Shown here: in pieces, positions 1 to 11,597 of the stretch | How positions within the stretch are numbered: position 1 is the first letter of the stretch | Layout of the letters: each line of letters starts with the position of its first letter | Origin: Phoronis australis | Taxonomy: Eukaryota; Animalia; Phoronida | Direction: 5' to 3' | NCBI GenBank assembly: GCA_002633005.1 | Contig: NMRA01001057.1 | Location: 1 to 62,351 of the forward strand | DNA: 62,351 nt | Made by a program: the position numbers and the translations under genes | Notes under the pieces: model-generated | Database searches by the model: none | Seen by the model: only the letters and a program-made list of their open reading frames with translations | Told to the model about the DNA's origin: nothing

Positions 1-89
1 GGTGTTTTGTGCAATGGGCCCAACCATGAGGCCTGCGCACGTCTGATGCACCGCAAATGACATCAGACCACCTGCACTTTTTTTTTTAA

Positions 90-2190
90 TCTCGGAATAA
101 TTGAATCCACTTCTGTTAGACCTCCAATTGGTAACCCAAACCACCACGTTATAGAAACAACAATCACACCCAACTGAGCACCTAAAGAACCCGACATTAT
201 CAAAAAGATTTGGAATTACAACCTCATTAACATGGACAAAGTGCTCACCGACATAACCACATTTAACTGGACTGAAATACTAAATAAAAGTTACATAAAT
301 GACGCAGTCTCAACATTCACACAGTGACTCTACAACATACTAGATATCAATATCACATCAACCATGAAAACAATAAAAAACGAGAACGAATCGTGGTTTA
401 AGAACAAACTTAAGTCTGAAATAAAAAAGAAATGAACTGATCGTTCAGAAAATCAAATAACCCGGCCGTGCACATTTAAGTGTTTCAAAGAATAGTGCAA
501 CATCAACCATGTCTCTAAAATTCTAAGGAGTATTGGGATATAATAAACAAAATTCGAGGACAGGTAAAGCAATCACCATATCTCACCATCCACTCAAAGG
601 AAGCCAACACTCAGGCGTCATCCAAAGCTGAAAAAAGTAAGCTATTTCTAAAATACTTCACCGCCAAGAGTCTCATTGCACCAACAACAAAACTTTCCAG
701 AATTCCCAAACAGAACGTTAGAAGACCTCTCTGACATACAAGCCCACCACTGAAGTCCTAAAACATCCACGAAAACAAAAGCGACGGTACCAATCTAATA
801 ACTTATAAAACGATCAAGATAATAGCAAGAGAGCTTACAGTTCCTCTGACAACATTATACAACAAAATACTACAATCTGGAAAATTTTCCTTTGGACTGA
901 AACTTCGTGTTATGATACCAATACACAAAAGGACTCTAAAACAGACATTACCAACTATCACCCCACAACTCTTCTTAACACCTCACCCAAATTTTTATTT
1001 CTCAACATGTGTTTGATCACATCACTTCACATCACAAAACCTCATCTGTCGTCGCCATTTTTATATTCATGCCTTTTAACAACACTGTGTCCCAACTAAA
1101 AGAAATTGTACATGAAATCCACCCCCAGTTTGAGCAAGGGTACAACGTGACATTCTTATTTTTCAACATTGCGTCAGCTTTTGATGTCGTTCCCCATTAT
1201 CTGCTTCCAGATAAATTACAATCTTACAGTTTCTCAAGCCGGCACTCTCCTCTTATTTTTAAAATCATATCTGGAATACCGAACTTGCAAAGTCCGAATT
1301 GAGAGTGTCTTCTCATCCTCATCAACACCAGGTTTCATAAATGCTGGAGTACCTCAGGGTAGCGTACAAGGCCCCGTACTCTTTTCATTGGTAATATACA
1401 TCAATGATCTTCCAGAGACAATAAACTCTAAAACATTTTTAAATGTTTATGACACTGCAGTTTTATACCTATTCTCAAAAGAGCATCCCAATGACTCCTC
1501 AAAATTACAAACTGACATAAATAAACTCTATGACTGGTCTCACAAATGGAAGATGAAATTTAAGTAAACCCGAAAAAAGTGTTGCTCTTATATTTTCCAG
1601 GTCTAATAATGCTCATTTCCAAACAAATTCAATGCTGGACCTACCACTCAATGGGGAAGTTATTCCCAAAAAGCTCATACATAAACACCCTGGCTTGCTA
1701 ATAGACCATAAGCTTACATTTATTCCTCACTGACGCGAACTCGTTCATAAAGCAGTGGCGGATTTAGAGGGGGGCCAAGGGGGCCATGGCCGCCCCTAAA
1801 ACTCTCCCAGATTCCATTTGGCAATTGGGGGGTGCGAATGTCTGACGAGCAAAATCCTGGCTAATACTATGCCCTGCCCCCCTAACTAAAAATCCTGGAT
1901 CCGCCCCTGTAAAGTACAAAAATTTATCAATCCAATTAGAATCGTATCCTGTCATCTCAATTCATGCATCTAGAAACTCTGTTCAAGTCTTTTGTACTTC
2001 CATATCTAGATTACTATGGTGTAATTTACCAATCACCTAACGCAAGCATAGTTCTAGAAAACAATACCAACCGGCGTTAGCCATAACAGGAGCATACAAC
2101 AGGTCCAACACAACCACGGTTCTAAATAGTCTCAATTGGAGCAAACTAGCAACCCATCGTAAACCCCACCTGTCCATGTATACGTTCATA
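90..2190 (+). mobile_element. Decayed CR1/L2-group LINE ORF2 (endonuclease end + reverse transcriptase)
   Basis: Frameshifted RT motifs SAFDVVPH..L.DKL, AGVPQGSVQGPVLF...YINDLP, degenerate YADD (VYDT), LQTDINKLYDWSHKWKMKF; many stops; A/C-rich sense strand. Confidence 0.88.
1753..1909. mobile_element. hAT-type MITE inserted in the LINE, with 5-bp TSD
   Basis: TIRs CAGTGGCGGAT / ATCCGCCCCTG; TAAAG on both sides (1748-1752, 1910-1914). A similar right end (GATCCGCCACTG) lies at 61061-61072. Confidence 0.8.
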
Positions 2191-2197
2191 GTCTTAA

Positions 2198-2630
2198 AGT
2201 GTACGCAACATGACTCTAGTTCCTCAAAATAAATTTTATTATTATATCTTACTTGATTTCAGTGCCTTTAGTCCACAGCTCATAAAGAAACACGTAAAAA
2301 TTGAAAAAACTAATAATTAAGTACAACGTCATGGGTTGAACCCAAGTCGTTCGGCACACTGTTCGGATCAGCAACTAAGTGTATAGAGTGAAGTGAACGT
2401 AAAGTATATTTTGCGTCGAGAAGGTTCGTAGAGGGATCAAAAGATGTGTTTGCGGAGGCTGCAGCAACAGCAGTCAGACGGAGAACGTCTCGGTGTTCCG
2501 AAGGACGCCAAAGTTGCGCAGTAGTGGCATCGCTTCGTGCGCCGAACGAAAGTGTGGGACCTCAGCGTGGACCAAGCGATTCTGTCCGGGGCCACTCTGT
2601 GTTCTGCCCACTTTGATGAGTCGTGTTTNC
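2198..2630 (+). mobile_element. Left part of a Kolobok-like DNA transposon with a decayed THAP domain
   Basis: Starts TTAA|AGTG at 2194-2201; 2442-2628 translates (one frameshift, one stop) as RCVCGGCSN...PKDAKVAQ*WHRFVRRT...LCSAHFDESC, the THAP C2CH pattern. Right end not found; N at 2629. Confidence 0.65.
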
Positions 2631-3046
2631 GGTAACTACAATATCAAATGTTGTTGTTATTTAACTAATTTCACCAGATGTTACAAGTTCAATGCACGGT
2701 TACCGTTGTTTTCATCTTTGTTCTCTCTTTTCAAGTAATGGATCGTTACATTTAAAACTGTTTCTTTTACTAGTAGTGAAAACTCAAAACCTAACAAGCA
2801 GTACATACACATAGGATGTGATTCGCCACGTGAACAATCTGAGTATTTAACAAATCTGCCAAAAAAAATGAAAGAAACATAAGAATTCGAAGCGTATGGG
2901 ATAATTCGGTCTCCTTTGATAGGCGGAAGTACGCCACTCTCGGTACGTTTTGTGTATATACATGTAAAATAACTTACTGTGCATGAATATAATTTATTTA
3001 TATTCGCAATCATATGATATTGTAATCTTAACATCACTTTATTAAT

Positions 3047-3279
3047 TCATGTATTTGTGTATAAAAATTGTATATCTATTTCTTTGTATTTATTTAACCC
3101 AGATACAGTACCCCTTGACGCTTTCTGTGTCTGTATATTTATTGTTGCTACTGAATATTTCATGAATATTTCATAGTAAACATTCAAAAAAACATACAAC
3201 ACATGTGACAGTAGTGTATCGACCAATAATGCTATAAACAACAAAACGACCAAATAATACAGAGGAGGACCCATATCAT
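3047..3279 (-). CDS. Candidate second exon of the Ig gene: transmembrane segment + Tyr-containing tail
   Basis: AG at 3281-3280 joins in frame to the phase-1 Ig exon, giving ...DVLYDMGPPLYYLVVLLFIALLVDTLLSHVLYVFL...FLYTNT-stop (175 aa total). The acceptor is weak, and AT-rich DNA yields hydrophobic ORFs by chance. Confidence 0.3.
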
Positions 3280-3476
3280 CTTATCGAGGTACTACGGCCA
3301 TGAGCGAAAAAACACACTTGGCCTATGCCGTTTTAGGGATACTGTGATTTGTCCATTTATCCTTTGAAAGTGTGATCGTGCCCTTATGACCTTCTAAATA
3401 CGATGACAAAAACGCGTTTTTGGTACAGAGGTTATTTATTAAGGGGCAAGGTTAAATATCGAACCTCTTTATGGTG

Positions 3477-3719
3477 CATGCGCGCACCCAAGGGTAGGAG
3501 GGGGCTCGGGGCCCCCATTTAGCACAGTGGGCAAAAAAGTCCGCCTCGGAAAAACATCATGAAGTCCGAAAAAGTAGAAAACGGGACTAAAAAGGCAGTT
3601 ATTACCAAAATTCGGCGAATGCACAATTCATAGCTCTGAACGTACCCCGCTTTTTTAGTAAACTGTCCACATTCTCAAAAATTCGAACTCCCTCACTTTT
3701 TAGGCTGGGTGCACGCATG
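3477..3719. mobile_element. MITE with 14-bp TIRs and near-perfect 5-bp TSD
   Basis: CATGCGCGCACCCA / TGGGTGCACGCATG; flanks TGGTG / CGGTG; related inverted copy at about 10422-10690. Confidence 0.75.
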
Positions 3720-3799
3720 CGGTGGATTCGTCAATGTAATATCCAGAACGACATTAGTTTTTTTTGAAGATTCCGGAAGTCATTCTTTTCAAAACTCAC

Positions 3800-4094
3800 A
3801 CAATACGTCCATCTTGAGAGTCAGAACGTTTTTCCCTGTTGAAGTATTACAGTGGAGATGCCATAAGTGATAAGTTCTGTCAATCTTCTGCTTGAAGATG
3901 AGCGGTGAATTGCCTGTTTTCGGTCCGTGAGGTGTCAACCACGTAAGACCCTTTTCACCAGATTTAGAACATGTGCAAGAAAACATTTCACCCTCAACGA
4001 GTTTTTGTCGCTTCTTTCCCACCTGACATGGTTTAGACTGAACATTTTGTAATGCCAAAACCACTGAAATGCACAGGACATTCAGTTTCATCAT
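3800..4094 (-). CDS. First coding exon of a secreted or cell-surface immunoglobulin-superfamily protein (signal peptide + one Ig-like domain)
   Basis: MMKLNVLCISVVLALQNVQS signal-like N-terminus; LVEGEMFSCTC...LTWLTP...LHC...LTLKMDVL has Ig-like Cys-Trp-Cys spacing; ends at a phase-1 GTGAGT donor (3799), typical of Ig exons; TATAAAT about 33 nt upstream of the ATG. Confidence 0.65.
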
Positions 4095-4126
4095 AGACTA
4101 TAGCACATAGACCGCCAACTCCGTAT

Positions 4127-4133
4127 ATTTATA
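4127..4133 (-). promoter_or_regulatory. Candidate TATA box of the Ig gene
   Basis: TATAAAT on the minus strand about 33 nt upstream of ATG 4094; position only. Confidence 0.3.
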
Positions 4134-4372
4134 ATTTTACAAAATGTGTGATCTTACGCATAAGCCATGACATTATTATTCATTAGCAACACCTTGCAAA
4201 TATAGCATGCATTACTTCTGGCAGGTACGTCGTCTGCTAGTCATGGTCATTTCATCGGGATTTGGATCGGCCATTTTGCCCAAATCACATCCGTGTTTAG
4301 ATAAATTAAACGCTCGTAAAACGTTAACATCTTAAATAAAGGTCTTATTAATACTCTAGAAACAACCACCAG

Positions 4373-4448
4373 GGCTGGGTTGCGTAAAACCTCAGATAAT
4401 GCGACGTCATTGTTGCTATACGGCGTATAACTTTTATGCAACTGGGCC
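4373..4448. mobile_element. Tiny PIF/Harbinger-like MITE
   Basis: Imperfect TIRs GGCTGGGTTGCGTAAAA / TTTTATGCAACTGGGCC with CAG on both sides (3-bp TSD). Confidence 0.55.
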
Positions 4449-4623
4449 CAGTCCTACTCAAAAACCAATCTCGCATTTCAACAACAGTTTACTTGACGTT
4501 TCATTTTAAGCTCGAATGCATGCCGGTGCCCCTCAAAATTTCTGGACTCTACTGTAAGAAGACCTAGAACAACGTTTCAATGCCGAAATTATTTTTTGGT
4601 CCACTTTTCAGTATATTCGGTGG

Positions 4624-6363
4624 TAGCCAGCCAGCTAGCTGTATGAAGACTGTCGTCAAAATACCGCTAGGTACCACTTAGCCTTGGTAGGCCTAAAAAG
4701 CTGTATCAGCTTTGCACCGATGTGTGTAAAAAAGTGGTAAGATAAAATCTGACACAAAATTAGTGTCATTAAAAACTACAGTCTTCCTTGAGTAAACTAA
4801 ATTATTTAACAGTTTTGGAAAAAAATGGCGTTCTACCGTTATTCTGCTGCTAAAGTTGTGGAGCGATTTTTAACGACGGCTTTCGGCGCCATGAAATATT
4901 GCGTCACCTACTGGCCAGTTTCTTTTTTCGCCGATTCTTCAATCAACTGTTGTTCTTTCACGAGGTTGCGTACACGTCGCAACAAATTATCGGAACTGGT
5001 TTCACTTCATTATAAGTTTTTATAATTTCAATACCGAAAAAACGAATTTCAGAAGAAATTCTGCCGCTGCCAAGCTATCATCATCTCCCGAGAGATGTCG
5101 CAAAAATTTAGGAAATGGCGCGTGCGCGTGACACGAGCGTACTGTTTTCAAAACGACGACACACTTTTCATTATTAGAAAAGGCGGAGAGTTACGTAAGA
5201 AAATGACGTTTATTGCATTGTTTTTCACTTAACGGCTGTAACGGGCAAGGTGAGTGTCGGTTGATTCCCAGATTTTGCATGCACCTCGTCCGGTCTTTAG
5301 CTTTACATGTTGATACAAGTTTCACGGCGAGGTGACAACTGAGCAGAACAACCCTGGCTGTGTGCAATTTCGGGGTCTATGGAAGATTAACACAAAGTGG
5401 TAACTAGCTGTATATTGACGATAGTCTTCATACAGCTAGCTGGCTGGCTAGGTACCTCAGTGTATTTCGTGTTGTCGTTTTGAAAACAGTACGCACGCGC
5501 CATTTCCAAAATTTTTGCGACATCTCTCGGGAGATGATGATAGCTTGGCAGCAGCAAAATTTCTTCTGAAATTCGGTTTTTCGGTATCAAAATTCTAAAA
5601 ACTTATAATGAAGTGAAACCAGTTCCGATAATTTATTGTGAAGTGTACGCAACCTCGTGAAAAAAACAACAGTTGATTGAAGAATCTGCAAAAAAAGAAA
5701 CTGGCCAATAGGTGACGCAATATTTCATGGCACCGAAAGCCGTTGCTAAAGACCGCTCCACAACTTTAGCAGCAGAATAACGGTAGAACGCCATTTTTTT
5801 CAACACCGTTAAATATTTTAGTTTACTCAAGGAAGATTGTAATTTTTAATGATACTAATTTTGTGTTAGATTTTATCTTGCCTCTTTTTTACCCACATCG
5901 GTGCAAAGCTGTATATTTAGTACACAGCTTTGTACCAAGGCTAAATAGAGTGGAAGAATTTCCCGTCACAATACATTAACCGGAAGCTGAGCTTTGCTAT
6001 ATATAGAGGGTCGCACCTCCTCTAGGATATTTCGCAAGAAAATGTCGGAGTTGCGAATCTGTTGTCTATAATCTATGGTTTCATACGTTATTCAGAAGGA
6101 TGTGTATCATTTGGCCTAAAAAGCGCGGAATGCACCGCTGCAACAGGAAACTTAATGTCTAAACAGTGCAAATGTCGCTGATGAAGAGACAGGCATATAT
6201 GAAAAATAGACTATTGCGGTCTTTAGCTTTACATGTTGATACAAATTTCACGGCGAAGTGACGAGCAGAACTACCCTGGCTGTGTGCAATTTCGGAAGAA
6301 ATACACACAGTGGTACTTATCTGTATTTTGAAGACAGTCTTCATACAGCTAGCTGGCTGGCTA
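4624..6363. repeat. Composite foldback: about 480-bp inverted arms plus repeated TIR-like ends
   Basis: About 4681-5160 is the reverse complement of about 5465-5942 (the same MAFYRYSAAKVVER ORF appears on both strands). The end motif TAGCCAGCCAGCTAGCTGTATGAAGAC at 4624 is inverted at 5424-5450 and again at 6337-6363; 5290-5450 is repeated at 6216-6363. Confidence 0.9.
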
Positions 6364-9300
6364 CAAATGTGCCTGACGGACTTGTTTACGGGGTTGTGGG
6401 TAAATACAGCGAGATTCGAGTGTCGTTGTGTAATTCCGGACGGCCCTATTGTTTTGAAGCCCTGAAAGCATCTCCAAGTCTAAAGAACAGTTTGATACCA
6501 ATTTCATAATGACAAATCAAAAGTTAATTTTTTTGTGACCGCGGACGGCGTGTTAAGCCCGGCGTTAAGAAAGTGTAAAGTGAACAGATCGAATGAAACC
6601 ACTTCTCAAAATTAGCAAAAACATTAACTTACAAAACAGAATCTGCACCACACCACCCATATCAATATTAAATGCCAGCGTGTGCTTCCGTTTGCCGTAG
6701 CCACTGAACGTGTCGCGTGCATGTACTGGCAAAACATTCGTTTCGTCATTCAAAACTGGCTGAATGCCAATTACACTCTATCACAGTGCTAGGTGGCGCT
6801 GTGTCAGAGGGTATATGTCAATACACTGACTACATGTTTAATAGATGTTTAGGCGCATTTCCTTCTCAAGCCAACCAGAGTCTGTCTTTGATCCAACACT
6901 GGCGTGAATTATCTTACTGATACCTGGTCAAAGTTATCTCCTCATGTTACCACATGCATAGTATTTCCAGTCGAAAAAATTTGGCATTATCTGGTAATCT
7001 CAAAAGCAATGTCACGTGTGCTGCTTCTCTTATTCATAAAAATTTCAACATTGATTTAAAACAAATCTTTGCCTCCCGTGTAAGACAATTTTTTGTTTTT
7101 GTCGCCAAATAATGCAGTTTCCATGCATCCTGGCGAGTTTTTGGCATTTAACGTGTCTGGAGTTTTTCTTAAGATGATTTAAAACCCTTCTCGATTTCGT
7201 CATGTGAACTCGGCTCATAAGTTTCGTGAAACCAAATTAATGTTGTGCACATCTGGGTATGAGTCACGTCACCAACTTTTGCCACGCGTTTTACGCGAGG
7301 AAGCGGAGCTTGAGATAGGCCAATCATGTGTCTAAACGCGAAACTGGGGCAAGGCGGAAAGGATCATATCTACTGCGCTTGTGTAATGACCCGCTAAATA
7401 CGAGTTCGCTGTCTCTTCAACTCCCGTCATTTGTAAATCTGCGCACGTGTGATCCACTCTCCAGCCACGGTTGGTGACTTGTGTGTGTAAACGGACGCTT
7501 GGCACCGATCAATTTGCTCCGTGTCAGTTGCGCCGGGCCAAAAGTTGATGTCTAAACGGGACTTTGGTGAGAGCCTCAATGGAAAAGTTTTTAACTTTTC
7601 TGATAACATAATTATGCAAAGTTATTATTTACAGTGAATTGAATTTCAGCAGAAAGCTCTCTGGGCTGTATTTTTTTTAACACAACAAGCCTCAGTTGTA
7701 CATGAAACCTTCAGTGGTTTTGGTGGAAAAATGATCATTTTATACAGTTCCAACCAAAAAGTAAATATTTTTGTGTGGAATTTGGTAATTCACCCTTTCA
7801 TGGTGACTTTTGTAATGCCCGAGTCACTGGTCAGAACGGCACATTTGATCATATGCAATCTATGCAAGTCTCCTCTCTCTCTCTCTCCTGGACCCCGACT
7901 CGTCGACTGTTTCATTTTTTTACTTTCCACGTTCACATGATGTCAAGTTTTGCAGTTTGCAACAATGATCTATTAATTTCTTTGTAATTGCAAAACAACC
8001 TTCTCAGATCAGAACCATTCTGAAACAACTATAGTAAGGTTCCCTGTAATCAAAGCACTCTGAGTTAGACATTGTAAGAAAGTGAACTTTAAAAACCTGG
8101 TTCGTTGAAATGACTAGTCGCAAAAACATCTCACATTTCAAAGCTGGGAACTCAGGGTACTTCAAAGATTTTAATTTGGGTCACTTAACCCAAATTGACG
8201 GTTTCTTGTGCGTTAGATGGGTTGGTTTGTTATCCAGGCAATAGTCACTCACTGGCAATCCACATTTTGAGAACAAGTTTTTTAGAAAACGTTAAAACGC
8301 CTGCTATTCATTGAAAAACAGGTTCCTGTTATGCAGTAGAAAACACTGGTTCTCACAGTGGGGCTCCCCTGCATGTGACTATTACCATTATATTTTGCTG
8401 TGTTTTGAGCAACATGCTGGTGTTTCATTCTTGTGGTTATGATCTACATAATACAGCAGTGATTTTAGTCAACATTTCTGTCTTTTCGAACAGTTTTTCA
8501 AAATTACAAATTTGACTCTTGTTGAGGGGGCCTCCTCGCGGCAAGAGTTGGGCAGTGTGAAATGCTTCAGAACATTCGCACTGGCAGGCACCGTCACGTT
8601 GACTCAAAACTAAAAACCGTGACATCATTAATGTTTTCCTAGAAATATTACTCTCATAGGCTACAAAACACACAACATACCAAGAAATTTGTCTAACCAT
8701 TGGGATCTTTATTTTGATGATGTATTGATAGAAATATGGTTTAGTTTAGGGATAGACTGAAGTACTGAGTCTGGCAATTACCATAACCATGGGGCGCGCA
8801 ACAGGACTACCCCCTCTTCATTGCAGACCCTTCCCCTGATAGAAACTCTTTTCAGTTTTGTGCTCGCCTAGCCCCCTGTCCATGTCCCCTGTTCATGCAG
8901 TGCCTCCAGGTTGCCTCTCATTACAGTCACAATCATTGTTCGCCAACAATTTCAAGTTTGGCAACCTCTGTTGAATAATTCTGATTACACCAGTGGTGCT
9001 GGGGGAATAGGTTATAAAAGACCAGACTGCCACTCTAGTTGCACATTCACTGCTTTGTGAAATCATAGACCATTATGGAAGGAACACTTGGGCCCTGGTT
9101 TTCAACATTTTACTCAAGATTATTTTTGTTATTTTCTATTCTACTTTTGTTTGAACTCGAGATAAGTTTCTTTTATTCTATATTTGAGTGCTTATTATTG
9201 ATGGCAATTAATGATCCCATCATTAGAGCTAAAAGTTCGAGTGTGAGTTCGAGGTTTTATTAGAATTTTTACTAGGAATCTCTGAGCCGACTTCTTCAAG

Positions 9301-10421
9301 CTTAATGGGTGAAAAGGCCAGCTGTCCAAGAATTACTACGAAGGGATTAAGTTGTTAGCATTAACCCTTATAAAAAGATTGTTCATTTGGAACATTAGAC
9401 TACAATTTTATTGAATGGCAAACCTCGGACAACAAACCTAATGTTTTTTAGCCACTGTCTAAATGGGTGGACCGTTCTTCTAGTACCAGATGGTACAAAA
9501 CTAAAGCTTAGGGCCCATTTAGGACACCACTCCGGTATTTTTGTAGCTACAAGTTTACCCTCGGAACATCTAGAGCACCTCGGCTATTTTCCTATTTGCA
9601 ATTTTTTCTTCGAAACACTTGCGGAATTTTCGTAGCCTCAAATATTCTCTCGGAGATGAATGTTATCCAAAATATGGGATGTCACGTGATTTTCAGTATT
9701 AAGAATAATAGGCTAACTGAAGTCCGCACACGTGCAGAGAGCGTTCACCCATTAGGTGAAATTTGAGATTACGAAAACACCCGAGGTGTTCTGGATGCCA
9801 TTGGAATTGTTTTCAGTGCATGCTGGAACTTTGGTCATTATGGCAAATCATTCCCCACTAAGTTTGAAAGTTACGCAGGTTAAATTCCCTTTAAAGGAGA
9901 AATTCGAGGCTCCGAATATACCCAAGGTGATCTGAATGGCTTAGGACCCTCAGGTTCAAGTTGTGCGGGGTCCCACCTCAAAGAGGGAAATGGGAAGAAA
10001 ACATTATGGCAACCGGAGGGGAGGGGTGTAGTTCGAGAATTGAGGCTACGTAGCGCAGAATAGTCCGAATCCGTTCGAAAATTGAAAGGTTTTCCTCAGT
10101 GTCGCCTTAATCAGAATTTCAAACCTATTTGTCAAATTTCACGAAGGCTGTAGTTGGATTGGTCTGAAGCTCGTCTTCATCCGTTGCCATCTTCCCAGAC
10201 ATATAAGAAATCTCCACATGGCTATTGTATGTCACGAATGATCAATGATAATTTGTGATAATCTTACAGTGAAATTTATCAGTCGACATGCGCATTCGTG
10301 CAAGCGCTAAAACAACCACTAAATCAACACCACAACCTGCGCTGACTCGGACATTCTTCAAACATTCAAGGGACAACTCTTTGTTTAGGATGAGATTTTC
10401 AAAAGTTACAGCCCCTTACAA

Positions 10422-10690
10422 TTTGCGCACCCAGCCTAAGAAAATGGGGGGCTCGCATTTTTGAGAATGTGGACCTTTTACTAAGATTCACGGGTAAGTT
10501 CTGAGCCATGAATTGTGCATCACCGAATTTTGGTACCCCGGTAGTTGGTAATTCTTGCCTTTTTAATAGACGTTTGTCTCCTTTTCTACTTTTTTAACAA
10601 TTTTTGTTTCTCTTAGACAGACCTTGGCTTTTTGCCCACTTCATCAAATGGGCAGGGGGTGAGGGAGCACATGCTTACACCCCAGGCCTT
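10422..10690 (-). mobile_element. Diverged inverted copy of the 3477-3719 MITE family
   Basis: tgcgcacccagcctaa...tttttgagaatgtggac...atgaattgtgcat..ccgaattttggta matches the reverse complement of about 3600-3715. Confidence 0.7.
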
Positions 10691-11597
10691 CCAACAAAGG
10701 CCATCCACTGTACTGCCTGTTGAATCTGTCTAGTGTACGTGGAGACCCGTACACTTCGCTAATGCAGCGGAATTGTAATCATCAGCCAATGTCTCTGGGA
10801 AGTGATTTCAGTTAAATAGTTCAACAATTTTTAAAAATTGAATACTCAACCAACTGTGTTCATTTTTCTTGGTCACTTGAAAAACAAGGTGAGGATTAAT
10901 TGTTAGTTAGGCCGGAGTTGTTAACCAGAGATCTTAATGGAGCCTAAGCCAACACTAATAGATCAGCGTCAGCCTTATGCACAAGAGGGAATGGATCCTG
11001 CAGCATTAGACCTTATGACACAACTATCCAAGGTCTCTGACGTAAAAATGCACAGATTCCAGTACAAATGAGAGCAAAAGATGTAAAAAGAATTTTAACA
11101 CTATTCAACATCGGTCACATCTGACAATACATCACCGCCATTCTGATTGGGCAGTATTTTCCTACTAAGCTGCACACCCACCAAACAAATACTTATAGCA
11201 ATGATGATGCCAAGAAATTTGACAGGATGGGTAAGGCATGGTCCATACTTTTTTTACTTGCATGATTCGTAAGCGCACCTAGCTTTCTGCAAAACAGATC
11301 AATCATATCACGTGTTTCTTTATCTCCAGAAAAGAGAGATTCACAATTACACGCCCACCACGCACTTCATCTGGCACATAGTAACAAATGTCATTGCACA
11401 CTGTGATAGACAGCCACATTTTTAACACAAGAAAATACACTCAGGGCCCCCAAGACTCCAGGATGATGTAATACACTGATCAAAGTTGCTTTCTTCACTA
11501 ATAAAGGTCCAGTTTCATCATAGTTCCATTGACAATGAGAAAAATTCCGTATCAGTAATTAGTCTTGAGAGACCATGCAACTGACTGCTATGCTCTA

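Noticed and set aside
4825-5830. Duplicated MAFYRYSAAK ORFs on opposite strands
   Set aside because: Mirror images within inverted-repeat arms; no recognisable domain.
10120-10200. Minus-strand AAGATGGC-initiated first exon (MATDEDELQ...)
   Set aside because: Stops after 21 codons and lies in repeat-like sequence; cannot be linked to a gene.
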